Shown here piece by piece: positions 1-8,657 of a stretch of DNA of 64,000 nt (the first letter of the stretch is position 1; each line of letters starts with the position of its first letter). The notes beneath the pieces were generated by a model. The model ran no database searches and had not been told where the DNA came from. It worked only from the letters and a program-made list of their open reading frames with translations. Made by a program: the position numbers and the translations under genes. The DNA comes from Eubacteriales bacterium (GTDB taxonomy: Bacteria; Bacillota; Clostridia; Oscillospirales; CAG-272): the NCBI GenBank assembly GCA_045644045.1, contig JAZRGD010000117.1, forward strand, positions 3,586-67,585, written 5' to 3'.

Positions 1-162
1 GGAAGAGCCCTGCACGAAGGAAATACGGCAAAGCAGGGTGAAGACCAGCATGATCGCCCCAAGTGCCAGGACAAACAGCTCGATCAGATCTAAAAGATCG
101 GTGAAACGGAAATCGTTATCGCGCGTCTTCTTTTCTTGTGCGGAATCTTGTTGAGTTTGCAT
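1..162 (-). CDS. signal peptidase I-like protein, N-terminal fragment (gene runs off the left edge)
   Basis: ATG at complement 160-162 with an AAGGAAAG RBS about 8 nt upstream. Translation MQTQQDSAQEKKTRDNDFRFTDLLDLIELFVLALGAIMLVFTLLCRISFVQGSS gives a charged tail, one TM helix, then V-x-G-S-S resembling the start of the S26 catalytic-serine box. The frame stays open to position 1. Confidence 0.5.
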   Translation of the reverse strand, partial: MQTQQDSAQEKKTRDNDFRFTDLLDLIELFVLALGAIMLVFTLLCRISFVQGSS

Positions 163-189
163 TTTTTCTTTCCTTACAGCATTAAGGTT

Positions 190-1401
190 TTATTTTGCAA
201 GTAGCATATCCATCAACTGCGTGCCATTCTCTACGTACAGACCGGAAGCCGCCGCACTTTCTTCATCCATGTGAGCAGGACCGATTTTTGCGTTTTCACT
301 GTCGTAAATGAAGAAGGGAACGGGCTCCATGCTGTGGGTGCGGATCTCGATGGGGGTGGGATGGTCAGGGAGACACATCACACGGAAGGGCTCTCCGCTT
401 TCACGTAAATACGCGACCACGGGAGCAAGGATCTTCCCATCTATGCTTTCAATAGAAAGAATTTTATTTTCGATCTCTCCGCGATGACCGCATTCGTCGG
501 GACCTTCCACGTGCACGTAGACCAGGTCCTTGCCGCGCTTGAAGGCGTCGATGGCGGCATCCGCCTTGCCCTTATAGTTGGTATGCACGTTGCCCGTGGC
601 ACCCTCCACGTCAACGGACTCCATCTCGGCGCAAAGCCCGATGCCCTTGATCAGATCAACGGCGGAAATGACGGTGGCGTCAAGCCCGAATTTTTCCTTA
701 AAGGAGGGAAGAGCGGGCTTTTTACCGGGGCTCCAGAACCAAGCGGAGTTTGCAGGGCGCAGACCGCGTGCGCGTCTTGCCTCATTGACGGGGTGATGAT
801 TCAGGATCTTGTAGCTCTCCTTCATCAGCATCAAAAACTCCTCACCCTCGGGGCCGCAGGGAAGATGCTCTCCAATGCGCTGACCGATCAGGTCGTGAGG
901 ACGGGAGAAGGGATAACGGTCAGTACCGTTTTTCTTGATCATGCAATGGCGATAGCTGATGCCGGTGTGAAATTTACGCGTGTCGTTTCCGAGAGCGGCC
1001 TCCAGTGCCTTGATCAGCTCGTCCGCCTCTGCAGTGGTGATCTCATCGGCACTGTGGTCAAGGATGTGCTTGTCCTCGTAATTCTCCTCCTCTTCGCTGA
1101 GGGTCACCACGTTACAACGGTAGGCGGTCTCGTCGGGCTTCATGTCAATGCCCATAGAAACGGCTTCTAAAGGAGAGCGTCCCTTGGAAAACACCTTGGG
1201 GTCGTAGGAAAGGATGGCCAGGTTGGCGGTGTCGCTTTCGGGCACCATTCCCTCCGGCACGTTGGACACCGTGCCGCAAAGCGAGACGGGTGTCAAGGAG
1301 TCCATCATAGGAGTTTTGGCCACCGCCAAGGGTGTTTTGCTATGCAGAGAAGGAATGGGTCTGTCCGCCATTCCGTCGTAAACTATGACTAAATATTTCA
1401 T
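190..1401 (-). CDS. apgM: cofactor-independent phosphoglycerate mutase, archaeal-type (ApgM family)
   Basis: 403-aa ORF. N-terminus MKYLVIVYDGMADRP, and internal DLVYVHVEGPDECGHRG and LPDHPTP metal-binding motifs typical of the ApgM/alkaline-phosphatase superfamily. GGCGGAAG RBS. Confidence 0.85.
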   Translation of the reverse strand: MKYLVIVYDGMADRPIPSLHSKTPLAVAKTPMMDSLTPVSLCGTVSNVPEGMVPESDTANLAILSYDPKVFSKGRSPLEAVSMGIDMKPDETAYRCNVVTLSEEEENYEDKHILDHSADEITTAEADELIKALEAALGNDTRKFHTGISYRHCMIKKNGTDRYPFSRPHDLIGQRIGEHLPCGPEGEEFLMLMKESYKILNHHPVNEARRARGLRPANSAWFWSPGKKPALPSFKEKFGLDATVISAVDLIKGIGLCAEMESVDVEGATGNVHTNYKGKADAAIDAFKRGKDLVYVHVEGPDECGHRGEIENKILSIESIDGKILAPVVAYLRESGEPFRVMCLPDHPTPIEIRTHSMEPVPFFIYDSENAKIGPAHMDEESAAASGLYVENGTQLMDMLLAK

Positions 1402-1501
1402 GCTTCCGCCTTTCGCTATGTAAATATTATTGAAAAAACTTATATACCATCTTATTATAACACATTTCTCACAATTTACAAGACTTTTTTTGCAAAAACT
1501 A

Positions 1502-1530
1502 TTGATTTTTAGAAAACATTGTGTTATAAT
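1502..1530 (+). promoter_or_regulatory. sigma-A type promoter upstream of rplS
   Basis: TTGATT (1502-1507), 17-nt spacer, TGt-TATAAT (-10 at 1525-1530) with an extended -10 TG. Confidence 0.6.
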
Positions 1531-1536
1531 GCACGT

Positions 1537-1626
1537 TGGCGTATGTTGCGTTTCTGCAAAATGCGCGATATAGAACAGTCCTCTGCACGCTCAGCACGAA
1601 TGTTCGGTTATAAGGAGGAAGCTATA
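1537..1626 (+). promoter_or_regulatory. candidate rplS 5' leader (L19-leader-like)
   Basis: About 90-nt untranslated leader between the promoter and the rplS RBS. It contains an imperfect 10-bp hairpin (CGTATGTTGC..GCAAAATGCG, about 1540-1565) and three GCACG repeats. Firmicutes carry an L19 autoregulatory leader at this position. Its identity was not verified by a covariance model. Confidence 0.35.
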
Positions 1627-1968
1627 ATGGAAAAAATTACAGCTTTTGTAAGTGAGCAGCTCAAGACCGAGGTCCCTGTTTTTAATATCGGTGATACCGT
1701 AACGGTACACAACCGTATTAAAGAGGGCGACAAGGAGAGGATCCAGCTCTTCGAGGGTACTGTCATCGCGAAGCACGGTGGCGGCATCTCCGAGACCTTC
1801 ACGGTTCGCCGCATCAGCTTTGGTTGCGGTGTAGAGAAGACCTTCCCCATCCACTCCCCCAACGTTGTTAAGGTAGTCGTTGTACGTCGCGGCGTTGTTC
1901 GCCGTGCGAAGCTCTACTATCTGCGCGACAGAGTTGGTAAGAGTGCCAAGGTCAAGGAAAAGATCTGA
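1627..1968 (+). CDS. rplS: 50S ribosomal protein L19
   Basis: [28 protein letters not shown]...RRAKLYYLR is a typical L19 sequence. TAAGGAGGAA RBS at 1611-1620. The upstream in-frame ATG at 1519 is rejected because it lacks an RBS and lies inside the promoter. Confidence 0.95.
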   Translation: MEKITAFVSEQLKTEVPVFNIGDTVTVHNRIKEGDKERIQLFEGTVIAKHGGGISETFTVRRISFGCGVEKTFPIHSPNVVKVVVVRRGVVRRAKLYYLRDRVGKSAKVKEKI

Positions 1969-1995
1969 TTCTTTTCCGCAAAAGAAAGTGAAAAA

Positions 1996-2020
1996 CGACC
2001 GAGTTTCTCGGTCGCTTTTT
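1996..2020. terminator. bidirectional intrinsic terminator between rplS and the HIT gene
   Basis: CGACCGAG-TTTC-CTCGGTCG hairpin flanked by an A-run upstream and a T-run downstream. Confidence 0.75.
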
Positions 2021-2033
2021 CACATATAGGGAT

Positions 2034-2372
2034 TTACGCCATTTTCTCGGAAAGCTTTTCGCCGCCGAGAATGTGGAAGTGCAGGTGCTTCACGCTTTGG
2101 CATCCGTCCTCGCCCACGTTGGTGACCACGCGATAGCCGTTTGTCAGGCCTGCCTCCTTCGCAATGCGGGGAATGGCGGTGAAGATGTTTCCGATAATGC
2201 CACTGTTAACGAGCCCGATGTCATTGGCGGAAGCAATATGAGACTTGGGAACTACCAGAATGTGTACGGGTGCTTGGGGCGCGATGTCCTTGAAGGCATA
2301 TACGATGTCGTCCTCATAGACCTTGGCGGAAGGGATCTCTCCCTTTACGATCTTGCAAAATAAGCAATCCAT
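2034..2372 (-). CDS. histidine triad (HIT) family nucleotide hydrolase
   Basis: 112 aa. MDCLFCKIVKGEIP N-terminus and an HLHFHILGG histidine-triad motif. Confidence 0.9.
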   Translation of the reverse strand: MDCLFCKIVKGEIPSAKVYEDDIVYAFKDIAPQAPVHILVVPKSHIASANDIGLVNSGIIGNIFTAIPRIAKEAGLTNGYRVVTNVGEDGCQSVKHLHFHILGGEKLSEKMA

Positions 2373-2467
2373 TTTGAATACCTCCGTTTCTTTGTCACGG
2401 GTATTATATCACGTTTTTTCTCATATCGCAAGAGAAAGACGAAAAAAAGAGGAAAGAAAGGCAAAAA

Positions 2468-3628
2468 ATGCAAAAAAACATCTATGGTACCGTCTTGCGC
2501 GAATACCCTCTTTCCTTACCGCCCGCACCCTTTAAAAAGGATATATGGCAAAGCTTAGAGGCAAGCGACACGCCGATTTTGATATATGGCATGGGAAACG
2601 GCGCGGATAAGCTTTTTGAACGCTTGGAAATGATTGGGCGAGAGCCATCCGCCGTATTCGCCAGCGACGGCTTTGTACGCGGGCAGCTCTTTCACGGCTA
2701 TAAGGTCATCTCCTATGCCCAAGCCAAGGAGATGTTTCCTTCCCATATCGTTCTTCTTTCCTTCGGCAGCAATAAGGCAGACGTGGTTTCCTATCTGTAC
2801 AAATTTGCCGAAGAAGCTCCGTTGCTCATACCCGATATGCCCTTGGCGGGCGAGGTATATTTCACTTCTGATTTTTATAACGCTCACGCGCGCGAGCTTG
2901 CTGCCGTTTACGGGTTGCTTGAGGACGATGCCTCGCGCGATCTGCTCGCCGCACTCGTTTGGTATAAGCTGACCGGGGAGCCTTGCTTTTTGGCGCGAGC
3001 CGTCTGCTTCTCGGATACGCGCGAGCTTCTTGGTTGGAGTGAGATCACCTCCGCAGTAGACGTTGGCGCGTATCGGGGCGACACCTTAAAGGAGCTGGCG
3101 GAGCATGCGCCGCGACTCTCCGAGGTGCTGGCGATCGAGCCGGACAGAAAGAACTTCCGCAAGCTGTTAGAGGTGGCGTCACGCTATCCCGAAATTTCCG
3201 TGACCTGCGTGGAGGGAGCTGCTTGGGACGAAGACGGAGACGGTCTTTTTGAAGTCAGTGGAAATCGCAACGCAACCCTGAACGCGGTAGGAGAAAAGGG
3301 CCATACCCCCTCCTTCAAGCACAAAACCGAAGCAGTTAAAACCTTTAAAATTGACACCTTAACGAAAGGCAGAACGGCGGAATATATAAAATACGATACA
3401 GAAGGCGCAGAGATGGCCGCCCTGCGCGGAACGGAGGCGTGCTTGAAGACGTGCGTGCCTTACTTGCGTATATCCGCGTATCACAGGAGCGAGGACGTTT
3501 TCGCGCTGCCTATCTATCTTGCTTCCATAATGCCCGATCAATATCATTATTATTTGCGGCGTTCTCACGTTATTCCCGCCTGGGAATGCGATCTGATCGC
3601 CGTACCGAAAGAGAAAGGAGGGACGTAA
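2468..3628 (+). CDS. FkbM-family SAM-dependent methyltransferase with an N-terminal Rossmann-like domain
   Basis: 386 aa. The C-terminal half has Methyltransf_21/FkbM-like motifs (DVGAYRGDT, IEPDRKNF, KYDTEGAE). The stop TAA at 3626-3628 overlaps the ATG of the next gene. Confidence 0.65.
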   Translation: MQKNIYGTVLREYPLSLPPAPFKKDIWQSLEASDTPILIYGMGNGADKLFERLEMIGREPSAVFASDGFVRGQLFHGYKVISYAQAKEMFPSHIVLLSFGSNKADVVSYLYKFAEEAPLLIPDMPLAGEVYFTSDFYNAHARELAAVYGLLEDDASRDLLAALVWYKLTGEPCFLARAVCFSDTRELLGWSEITSAVDVGAYRGDTLKELAEHAPRLSEVLAIEPDRKNFRKLLEVASRYPEISVTCVEGAAWDEDGDGLFEVSGNRNATLNAVGEKGHTPSFKHKTEAVKTFKIDTLTKGRTAEYIKYDTEGAEMAALRGTEACLKTCVPYLRISAYHRSEDVFALPIYLASIMPDQYHYYLRRSHVIPAWECDLIAVPKEKGGT

Positions 3629-4854
3629 TGCCTGAGCTTTTGTCCCCTGCGGGAAACCGTGAAAAGCTGGAAACTGCCATTTGCTACGGTGCAGATGCCG
3701 TTTACATCGCCGGAGAGCGCTTCGGCATGCGCGCCTTTGCCGATAATTTTTCCGTTGAAGGGCTAAAAGATGCCGTGCACTATGCCCACAGCCATGGTGT
3801 AAGGCTTTATCTTACCGTGAATACCATGCCCAAGGAAGGTGAATACGCAGCCTTACGCGAATATTTTGAGGCCTTGAGGGCAGATCCGCCCGACGCCTTG
3901 ATCGTAGCGGATCTCGGTGTTCTTATGCTGGCAAGGGAGATGCTTCCGCAGGTAGAGCTGCACCTATCCACCCAAGCCAATGCCGTCAGCAGCGCGGCCT
4001 GTCGCGCGTGGCACGCGCTGGGTGCAAAAAGGATCGTGCTTGCCCGTGAGCTTACCTTGGATGAGATAAGGGAAATTCGGGTCAACACCCCCGATAGCTT
4101 AGAGCTGGAGGCTTTTATTCATGGCTCTATGTGCGTTTCGTATAGCGGAAGATGCTTGCTCTCCGGCTTTTTCACGGGAAGAGACGCCAACCGCGGTGCA
4201 TGCGCCCAGCCCTGTCGCTGGAATTATAACGTGAAACGCCTGGAGATCACCGAGGAGAAACGTCCGGAGCTTCCCTTAACCATTGAGGAGCATAATGGAG
4301 AGTCTTACGTGCTTGGTTCGCGCGATACCTGTATGATCCGTCATATTCCTGCCCTCATGGAAAGCGGCATTGACAGCTTTAAGATCGAGGGGAGAATGAA
4401 GAGCGCTTATTATACCGCCGTGGTGACCAACACCTATCGCATGGCGATAGACGCATACAAGAGCGGTAGCTATACTTTTGATCCCTTGTGGGAAAGAGAG
4501 CTGCAAAGCGTCAGCCACAGGGAATACGCCACGGGATATTATTTCGGCTCTCCCGCCGAGGATGCGAATCTTTGCGAGAACAACGGATATATAGGGGAAA
4601 AAGCATATTTGGCCTACGCCGTTTCATACGATGCAAAGAGCGGCTTTGCTACCTTCGTGCAAAAGAATAAAATGGTGGTGGGTCAAACCGTGGAGCTTTT
4701 GACGCCCGGCAGAACGGGTGTCTCGCTTACGGTGGAGGAGTTGAAAGACGGTGAGGAAAACGCCATCGACAGCACGCCTCATCCTCAAATGACTTTTTTG
4801 ATGAAGGTCCCGTTCCCGGTAAAACGCGGAGACATTCTTCGCGGCGGAAAATAA
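3628..4854 (+). CDS. peptidase U32 family protein (TrhP/RlhA/YrrO-like Fe-S enzyme)
   Basis: MPELLSPAGNREKLETAICYGADAVYIAGERFGMRA N-terminus, FKIEGRMK motif, and Cys cluster MCVSYSGRC...CAQPC. AAAGGAGG RBS at about 3614-3621. The in-frame upstream ATG at 3439 lies inside the previous gene and is rejected. Confidence 0.85.
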   Translation: MPELLSPAGNREKLETAICYGADAVYIAGERFGMRAFADNFSVEGLKDAVHYAHSHGVRLYLTVNTMPKEGEYAALREYFEALRADPPDALIVADLGVLMLAREMLPQVELHLSTQANAVSSAACRAWHALGAKRIVLARELTLDEIREIRVNTPDSLELEAFIHGSMCVSYSGRCLLSGFFTGRDANRGACAQPCRWNYNVKRLEITEEKRPELPLTIEEHNGESYVLGSRDTCMIRHIPALMESGIDSFKIEGRMKSAYYTAVVTNTYRMAIDAYKSGSYTFDPLWERELQSVSHREYATGYYFGSPAEDANLCENNGYIGEKAYLAYAVSYDAKSGFATFVQKNKMVVGQTVELLTPGRTGVSLTVEELKDGEENAIDSTPHPQMTFLMKVPFPVKRGDILRGGK

Positions 4855-4890
4855 ACGCGAAACGTTAAATAAATCAAAAGGAGATCAATC

Positions 4891-5724
4891 ATGCCTTATT
4901 TATTACTGTGCGCGCTTTTGATCGGTATCGTCGAGGGTATTACGGAGTGGCTTCCCGTCAGCAGTACGGGACATATGCTGCTTTTTGACGCGCTTCTCGG
5001 CATGCAAAACAAGGTGTCGGAGGATTTTTATAGCTTTTTCCTCGTAGCCATTCAGCTCGGTGCGGCTCTCGCCGTCTTCGTGTTATTTTTGCAAAGACTC
5101 AATCCCTTCACCAAGAAAAAGAATGCCGAGGAGAAGAAAAAGACCTGGCGGCTTTGGCTTTATATCATCGTCGGAATGCTTCCCGCCGCCGTGATCGGTA
5201 TTCCGCTTAACGATTTCTTTGAGGAGCATCTTTACGGTTATCCGGTGATCGCCGCCGCTCTCATCGTGTACGGCATTGCCTTTATTGTGATCGAGCGATG
5301 GAAGAAGAACAAGCCCGTTCGTGTGGAGACCATGGATGATATGTCCTTGAAGACCGCTCTTTGGATCGGTTGCTTTCAGGTGCTTTCCTTGATCCCGGGC
5401 ACATCACGCTCCGGCTCCACCATCCTCGGCGGTATGCTGCTTGGGGTCTCCCGTACCGTTTCGGCTGAGTTTTCCTTTCTCATGGCCCTTCCCGTTATGG
5501 CGGGCGCGTCGTTGCTGAGAGGAGTGAAATTCTTCCTGTCCGGAGTTGGCATCAGCTCTACCGAGTGGTTGATCCTTGCCGTGGGTGTGGTCACCGCCTT
5601 CTTGGTATCTATCCTCGCCATTCGCTTCCTCATGAGCTTCGTGCGCCGCCACAGCTTCGAGGTCTTCGGTTGGTACCGCATCGCTCTTGGACTCTTGGTT
5701 CTTTTGCTTTTCTTTATTGTTTGA
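4891..5724 (+). CDS. uppP: undecaprenyl-diphosphate phosphatase
   Basis: 277 aa and polytopic. GITEWLPVSSTGHM and PGTSRSGSTI motifs of the BacA/UppP family. AAAGGAG RBS. Confidence 0.9.
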   Translation: MPYLLLCALLIGIVEGITEWLPVSSTGHMLLFDALLGMQNKVSEDFYSFFLVAIQLGAALAVFVLFLQRLNPFTKKKNAEEKKKTWRLWLYIIVGMLPAAVIGIPLNDFFEEHLYGYPVIAAALIVYGIAFIVIERWKKNKPVRVETMDDMSLKTALWIGCFQVLSLIPGTSRSGSTILGGMLLGVSRTVSAEFSFLMALPVMAGASLLRGVKFFLSGVGISSTEWLILAVGVVTAFLVSILAIRFLMSFVRRHSFEVFGWYRIALGLLVLLLFFIV

Positions 5725-5742
5725 TTATTTAAAAAATGGTAA

Positions 5743-5779
5743 AGGCACTTGCGCCAATTTCGGCGTAAGTGCCTTTTTG
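5743..5779. terminator. bidirectional intrinsic terminator (uppP / DUF3048 gene)
   Basis: AGGCACTTGCGCC-loop-GGCGTAAGTGCCT hairpin with flanking A and T runs. Confidence 0.75.
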
Positions 5780-5781
5780 CT

Positions 5782-6888
5782 TTATCGTGCGATGACCGAG
5801 GTGCTGTGGGTTACGCGGAGCATGGCGATGTAGGTCTTTCCGCGATTGACGGAAAGGCTGCTTCCGCTTGCGTCGTAAAAGGAGATCTCACCGTTGGCAT
5901 CCGCTTGCCATTTTAAGCTCGTGACTCCTCCGGCAGTATAGCAAAATCCGTTGCCGCCTGCGGCGGTGTCCAAGACAAAGCTGGTGCCGTCCGCGCTGTG
6001 ATAGTAGTTCACGTTGTGGAAGAGAAGTATGACGTTGCTAAACGTTAGTGGCTCCTCGGTCGCGCCGTCTACGTGTGTCTTACCGTTTTGAGAGCGGATA
6101 TAGAGCTTCGTGTCCTCTTGATAGGAGAAGCCTACCGTTTTTCCTTCGAAAAAAGAAAAAGAGACGGAGGATATGCTGTTACCTGACGGCACTACGGGAA
6201 CGTCGGGAGCTGTCAAGGTGTAAGGCAGCTTGGCCGATGCCTTCGTGGCGTATCCCATGCCGTTTGCGGCTTGGATCAGCGCGCCGCTCGAAACAGACAA
6301 GCTATCCTCGGCTTGTACAAATGTGGAGGTCAAATTATGATGGACGTAATCCAAGGTGTCCCCCTTAAATGGGGTATTGGGGGCACCCGCGGTATCGGTC
6401 GTTCCCGCGTAAGCGGTGATGGCACCGAAGGCGTGCGCGATGGGCATCATATAATCTCTCGCAGAACGAACGGAGGAGATTTTCTCAACCGCGCTCTGCG
6501 TGCCGTAAGTAGCCCATATTCTGGTGTGGCCTCCGTCAATGGGGGCCTCTATCACCACGTCGGCGCGAGATAGGCCTTCTTGTCGTGTTCCGTCGAAATT
6601 TCCGATACAGACAGAAATCGGGCGGTCGGATGAAAATTCTTCATCACAGACCAACCCGGTTAACTGATTGTAAAAAATGGGTGCAGGGGGCTCCGGCTTT
6701 GGCTCGGGGTGAACGGCATCCGAAATGGCGTCCTTATCGGGTGCGGGCTCATCGGGGGCTTCTTCTTGCCAAGGGGGCGAGAAGAAGGACTTCACGTCAC
6801 AGCCGGTGGAGGATAGCATCAAAGAGAAAATGACAAGGATGAACAACACGGCAGTCGTTGTGTTTTTCATTCTTTTTGCAGACTTCAT
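5782..6888 (-). CDS. DUF3048-like lipoprotein
   Basis: 368 aa. The signal peptide ends in the lipobox LSSTGC. A Pro/Glu-rich linker is followed by ISVCIGN...GLSRADVVIEAPIDGGHTRI, resembling DUF3048 proteins. Confidence 0.55.
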   Translation of the reverse strand: MKSAKRMKNTTTAVLFILVIFSLMLSSTGCDVKSFFSPPWQEEAPDEPAPDKDAISDAVHPEPKPEPPAPIFYNQLTGLVCDEEFSSDRPISVCIGNFDGTRQEGLSRADVVIEAPIDGGHTRIWATYGTQSAVEKISSVRSARDYMMPIAHAFGAITAYAGTTDTAGAPNTPFKGDTLDYVHHNLTSTFVQAEDSLSVSSGALIQAANGMGYATKASAKLPYTLTAPDVPVVPSGNSISSVSFSFFEGKTVGFSYQEDTKLYIRSQNGKTHVDGATEEPLTFSNVILLFHNVNYYHSADGTSFVLDTAAGGNGFCYTAGGVTSLKWQADANGEISFYDASGSSLSVNRGKTYIAMLRVTHSTSVIAR

Positions 6889-6921
6889 TTCTTTTTTTCG
6901 TCAAAAGACGAACCTCCTTTT

Positions 6922-7215
6922 TTACGCGCGGTTTGCGCGTTCAAGCCAGGCGGTGCCGAGGTCAAAGGCCTCAAAAAGGCTGGTGACAACCTTTTGCTTG
7001 CCGTCGTAGATCGTACCGTCCTTGGTGGAGCGGATCTGCATCATTACCATATTGGGGATTTGAACGTCGAGCTTGCTCGCCTTCGCTTCGTTCATGATCA
7101 GGATGTAGAGATAGTACTTGTCCGACATAAAGCCGTAGTAGATCTCATCCCCCTCACGAACCAAGGGCTTGCCCTTGTATTCAATGTATTTTCCTTCAAT
7201 TCCGTTTGCTTTCAT
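6922..7215 (-). CDS. hypothetical small protein (97 aa)
   Basis: Clean ORF with an AAAGGAGTG RBS and its own consensus promoter. No recognisable motif. Confidence 0.55.
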   Translation of the reverse strand: MKANGIEGKYIEYKGKPLVREGDEIYYGFMSDKYYLYILIMNEAKASKLDVQIPNMVMMQIRSTKDGTIYDGKQKVVTSLFEAFDLGTAWLERANRA

Positions 7216-7266
7216 CGTGTTTCACTCCTTTCGTAAGAATGGGATGGTGCAGGCTCCCTCGTGTTT

Positions 7267-7295
7267 ATTGTAATATAACTACCATTTTTTGTCAA
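7267..7295 (-). promoter_or_regulatory. sigma-A type promoter for the 97-aa gene / DUF3048 operon
   Basis: On the minus strand: TTGACA (7295-7290), 17-nt spacer, TACAAT (7272-7267). Confidence 0.6.
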
Positions 7296-7341
7296 TCGAA
7301 ACGACAAAATTAGAGCAAAAAAGTTGTCGCAAAAAACGACC

Positions 7342-8559
7342 TTATTTTTGCTCCGCCACGTAGGGGGCACGGCGGATGAAAAAGTCCGCAGCCCGTGCGC
7401 AAGGCATTGCAAGCGTGTATATCGAGTCTGCGCGGTATGCACGACTTGCTTGCTTCGCGGCTTCGGGTGAGAGCTTTTTGAGATCAGCGGGCTTCGTTAG
7501 AATAGAAATACTCGCTGTCTTGCGTATATGAGCAAGGATCTGTCTGCCGACCGAATCCATTGCCAAAACCTGAGTGTAAAGGGGTTTTTCCCGCAGTTCT
7601 TCAGGAGTAACGCCAAAGTATGAGAAGAGGATCGCGCGGCGGATACGGGAATCCGTATATTTTTTCGTTGCCGCGAGAGATAAAAGAGAAGAGAGGTCGT
7701 TTGCGCCTTTTGCCGCGCCCTTGATATGGGAATAAAGACCGCCACCGCATTCGGCAAAGGCCGAGCCGTCCTCGGCAGTTCTTAAATGGGCAAGCAGTAT
7801 CTTTTCAAGACCGTCTGTAAAAACGGGCGCCGTTCTTTCCGCAAGGGCTGTCTCCCAAACAGGGAGAGAGGAGTCGTGAAGATGGAAAAACGCCTGCTCC
7901 GTTTTTCCGTCGCGCAAAAGCGCGCGGATGTGGGTCGCGCCCGCAATGCGCGGTGCTTCGCCAAAGCCGTCCGCATCCGTTCCGTTTCTTTTTACGGTAT
8001 GGGGGAGAATGGGTGACGACAGGCGGTGCAGGGCACTCAAATAATATATGGCAAGCGTATCGTTGGGAGAAGCGAGACAGACACGCCCCTCCTCACCGTA
8101 GAGAGAAGAGTACACCTCCTCGCGTACCACGGCAAATCCCTTTGCTCTGTTTTGCTTGCTATCGAGGGCATCACGCAAGGCCGCTTCAAACGCATGCGTA
8201 GCAATACGCTCCGCTACGCGCGATAAGAGCGCGACGTCACCGCTTTCGCTTCCAAAGGAGAGAAAGTCGGCGATCCCCAGATCGTGGATCAGGGAAACGG
8301 CACCCAAGGCGAATTGCTCGGCTCCCGCCACCGAAAAAGGAAAGGGAAGCTCAAGCACCAAGGACACGCCTGCCTTGACCGCCGCCTCGGCGCGGTCAAA
8401 CTTGTGCATCACCGCCGCTTCGCCGCGCTGTACGTAGTTACCGCTCATCACTGCAACGATGGCGGTGTCGTTGCCAAACTGACGTCTGATCGCTTCGATC
8501 TGTCGGAGGTGTCCCAAATGGAAGGGGTTATATTCGCACACAATAGCAACGGTTTTCAT
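7342..8559 (-). CDS. tmcAL: tRNA(Met) cytidine acetate ligase (YlbM/UPF0348 nucleotidyltransferase)
   Basis: 405 aa. MKTVAIVCEYNPFHLGHLRQIE N-terminus (HxGH nucleotidyltransferase motif) and overall YlbM-like layout. Confidence 0.8.
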   Translation of the reverse strand: MKTVAIVCEYNPFHLGHLRQIEAIRRQFGNDTAIVAVMSGNYVQRGEAAVMHKFDRAEAAVKAGVSLVLELPFPFSVAGAEQFALGAVSLIHDLGIADFLSFGSESGDVALLSRVAERIATHAFEAALRDALDSKQNRAKGFAVVREEVYSSLYGEEGRVCLASPNDTLAIYYLSALHRLSSPILPHTVKRNGTDADGFGEAPRIAGATHIRALLRDGKTEQAFFHLHDSSLPVWETALAERTAPVFTDGLEKILLAHLRTAEDGSAFAECGGGLYSHIKGAAKGANDLSSLLSLAATKKYTDSRIRRAILFSYFGVTPEELREKPLYTQVLAMDSVGRQILAHIRKTASISILTKPADLKKLSPEAAKQASRAYRADSIYTLAMPCARAADFFIRRAPYVAEQK

Positions 8560-8597
8560 TCTTTACCCCTTCTTTTCCAAATAAATCAAAAAAACAC

Positions 8598-8626
8598 TTG
8601 TTTTTTGCGTAAAAAGTTGATATAAT
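8598..8626 (+). promoter_or_regulatory. candidate sigma-A promoter for ackA
   Basis: TTGTTT (8598-8603), 17-nt spacer, TATAAT (8621-8626). Confidence 0.45.
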
Positions 8627-8657
8627 AAAAGCGAAATAAAAAAATCGGAGGAGATAT

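Noticed and set aside
3439-3627. N-terminal extensions in the ORF track. Affected ORFs start at 1519, 3439, 13757, 19988, 36202, 37623, 39832, 49176, 54990, 55936, 57840 and 62117.
   Set aside because: In each case the extension overlaps the upstream gene, a promoter or a terminator and lacks an RBS. An internal ATG, GTG or TTG with a good Shine-Dalgarno reproduces the canonical N-terminus of the family.
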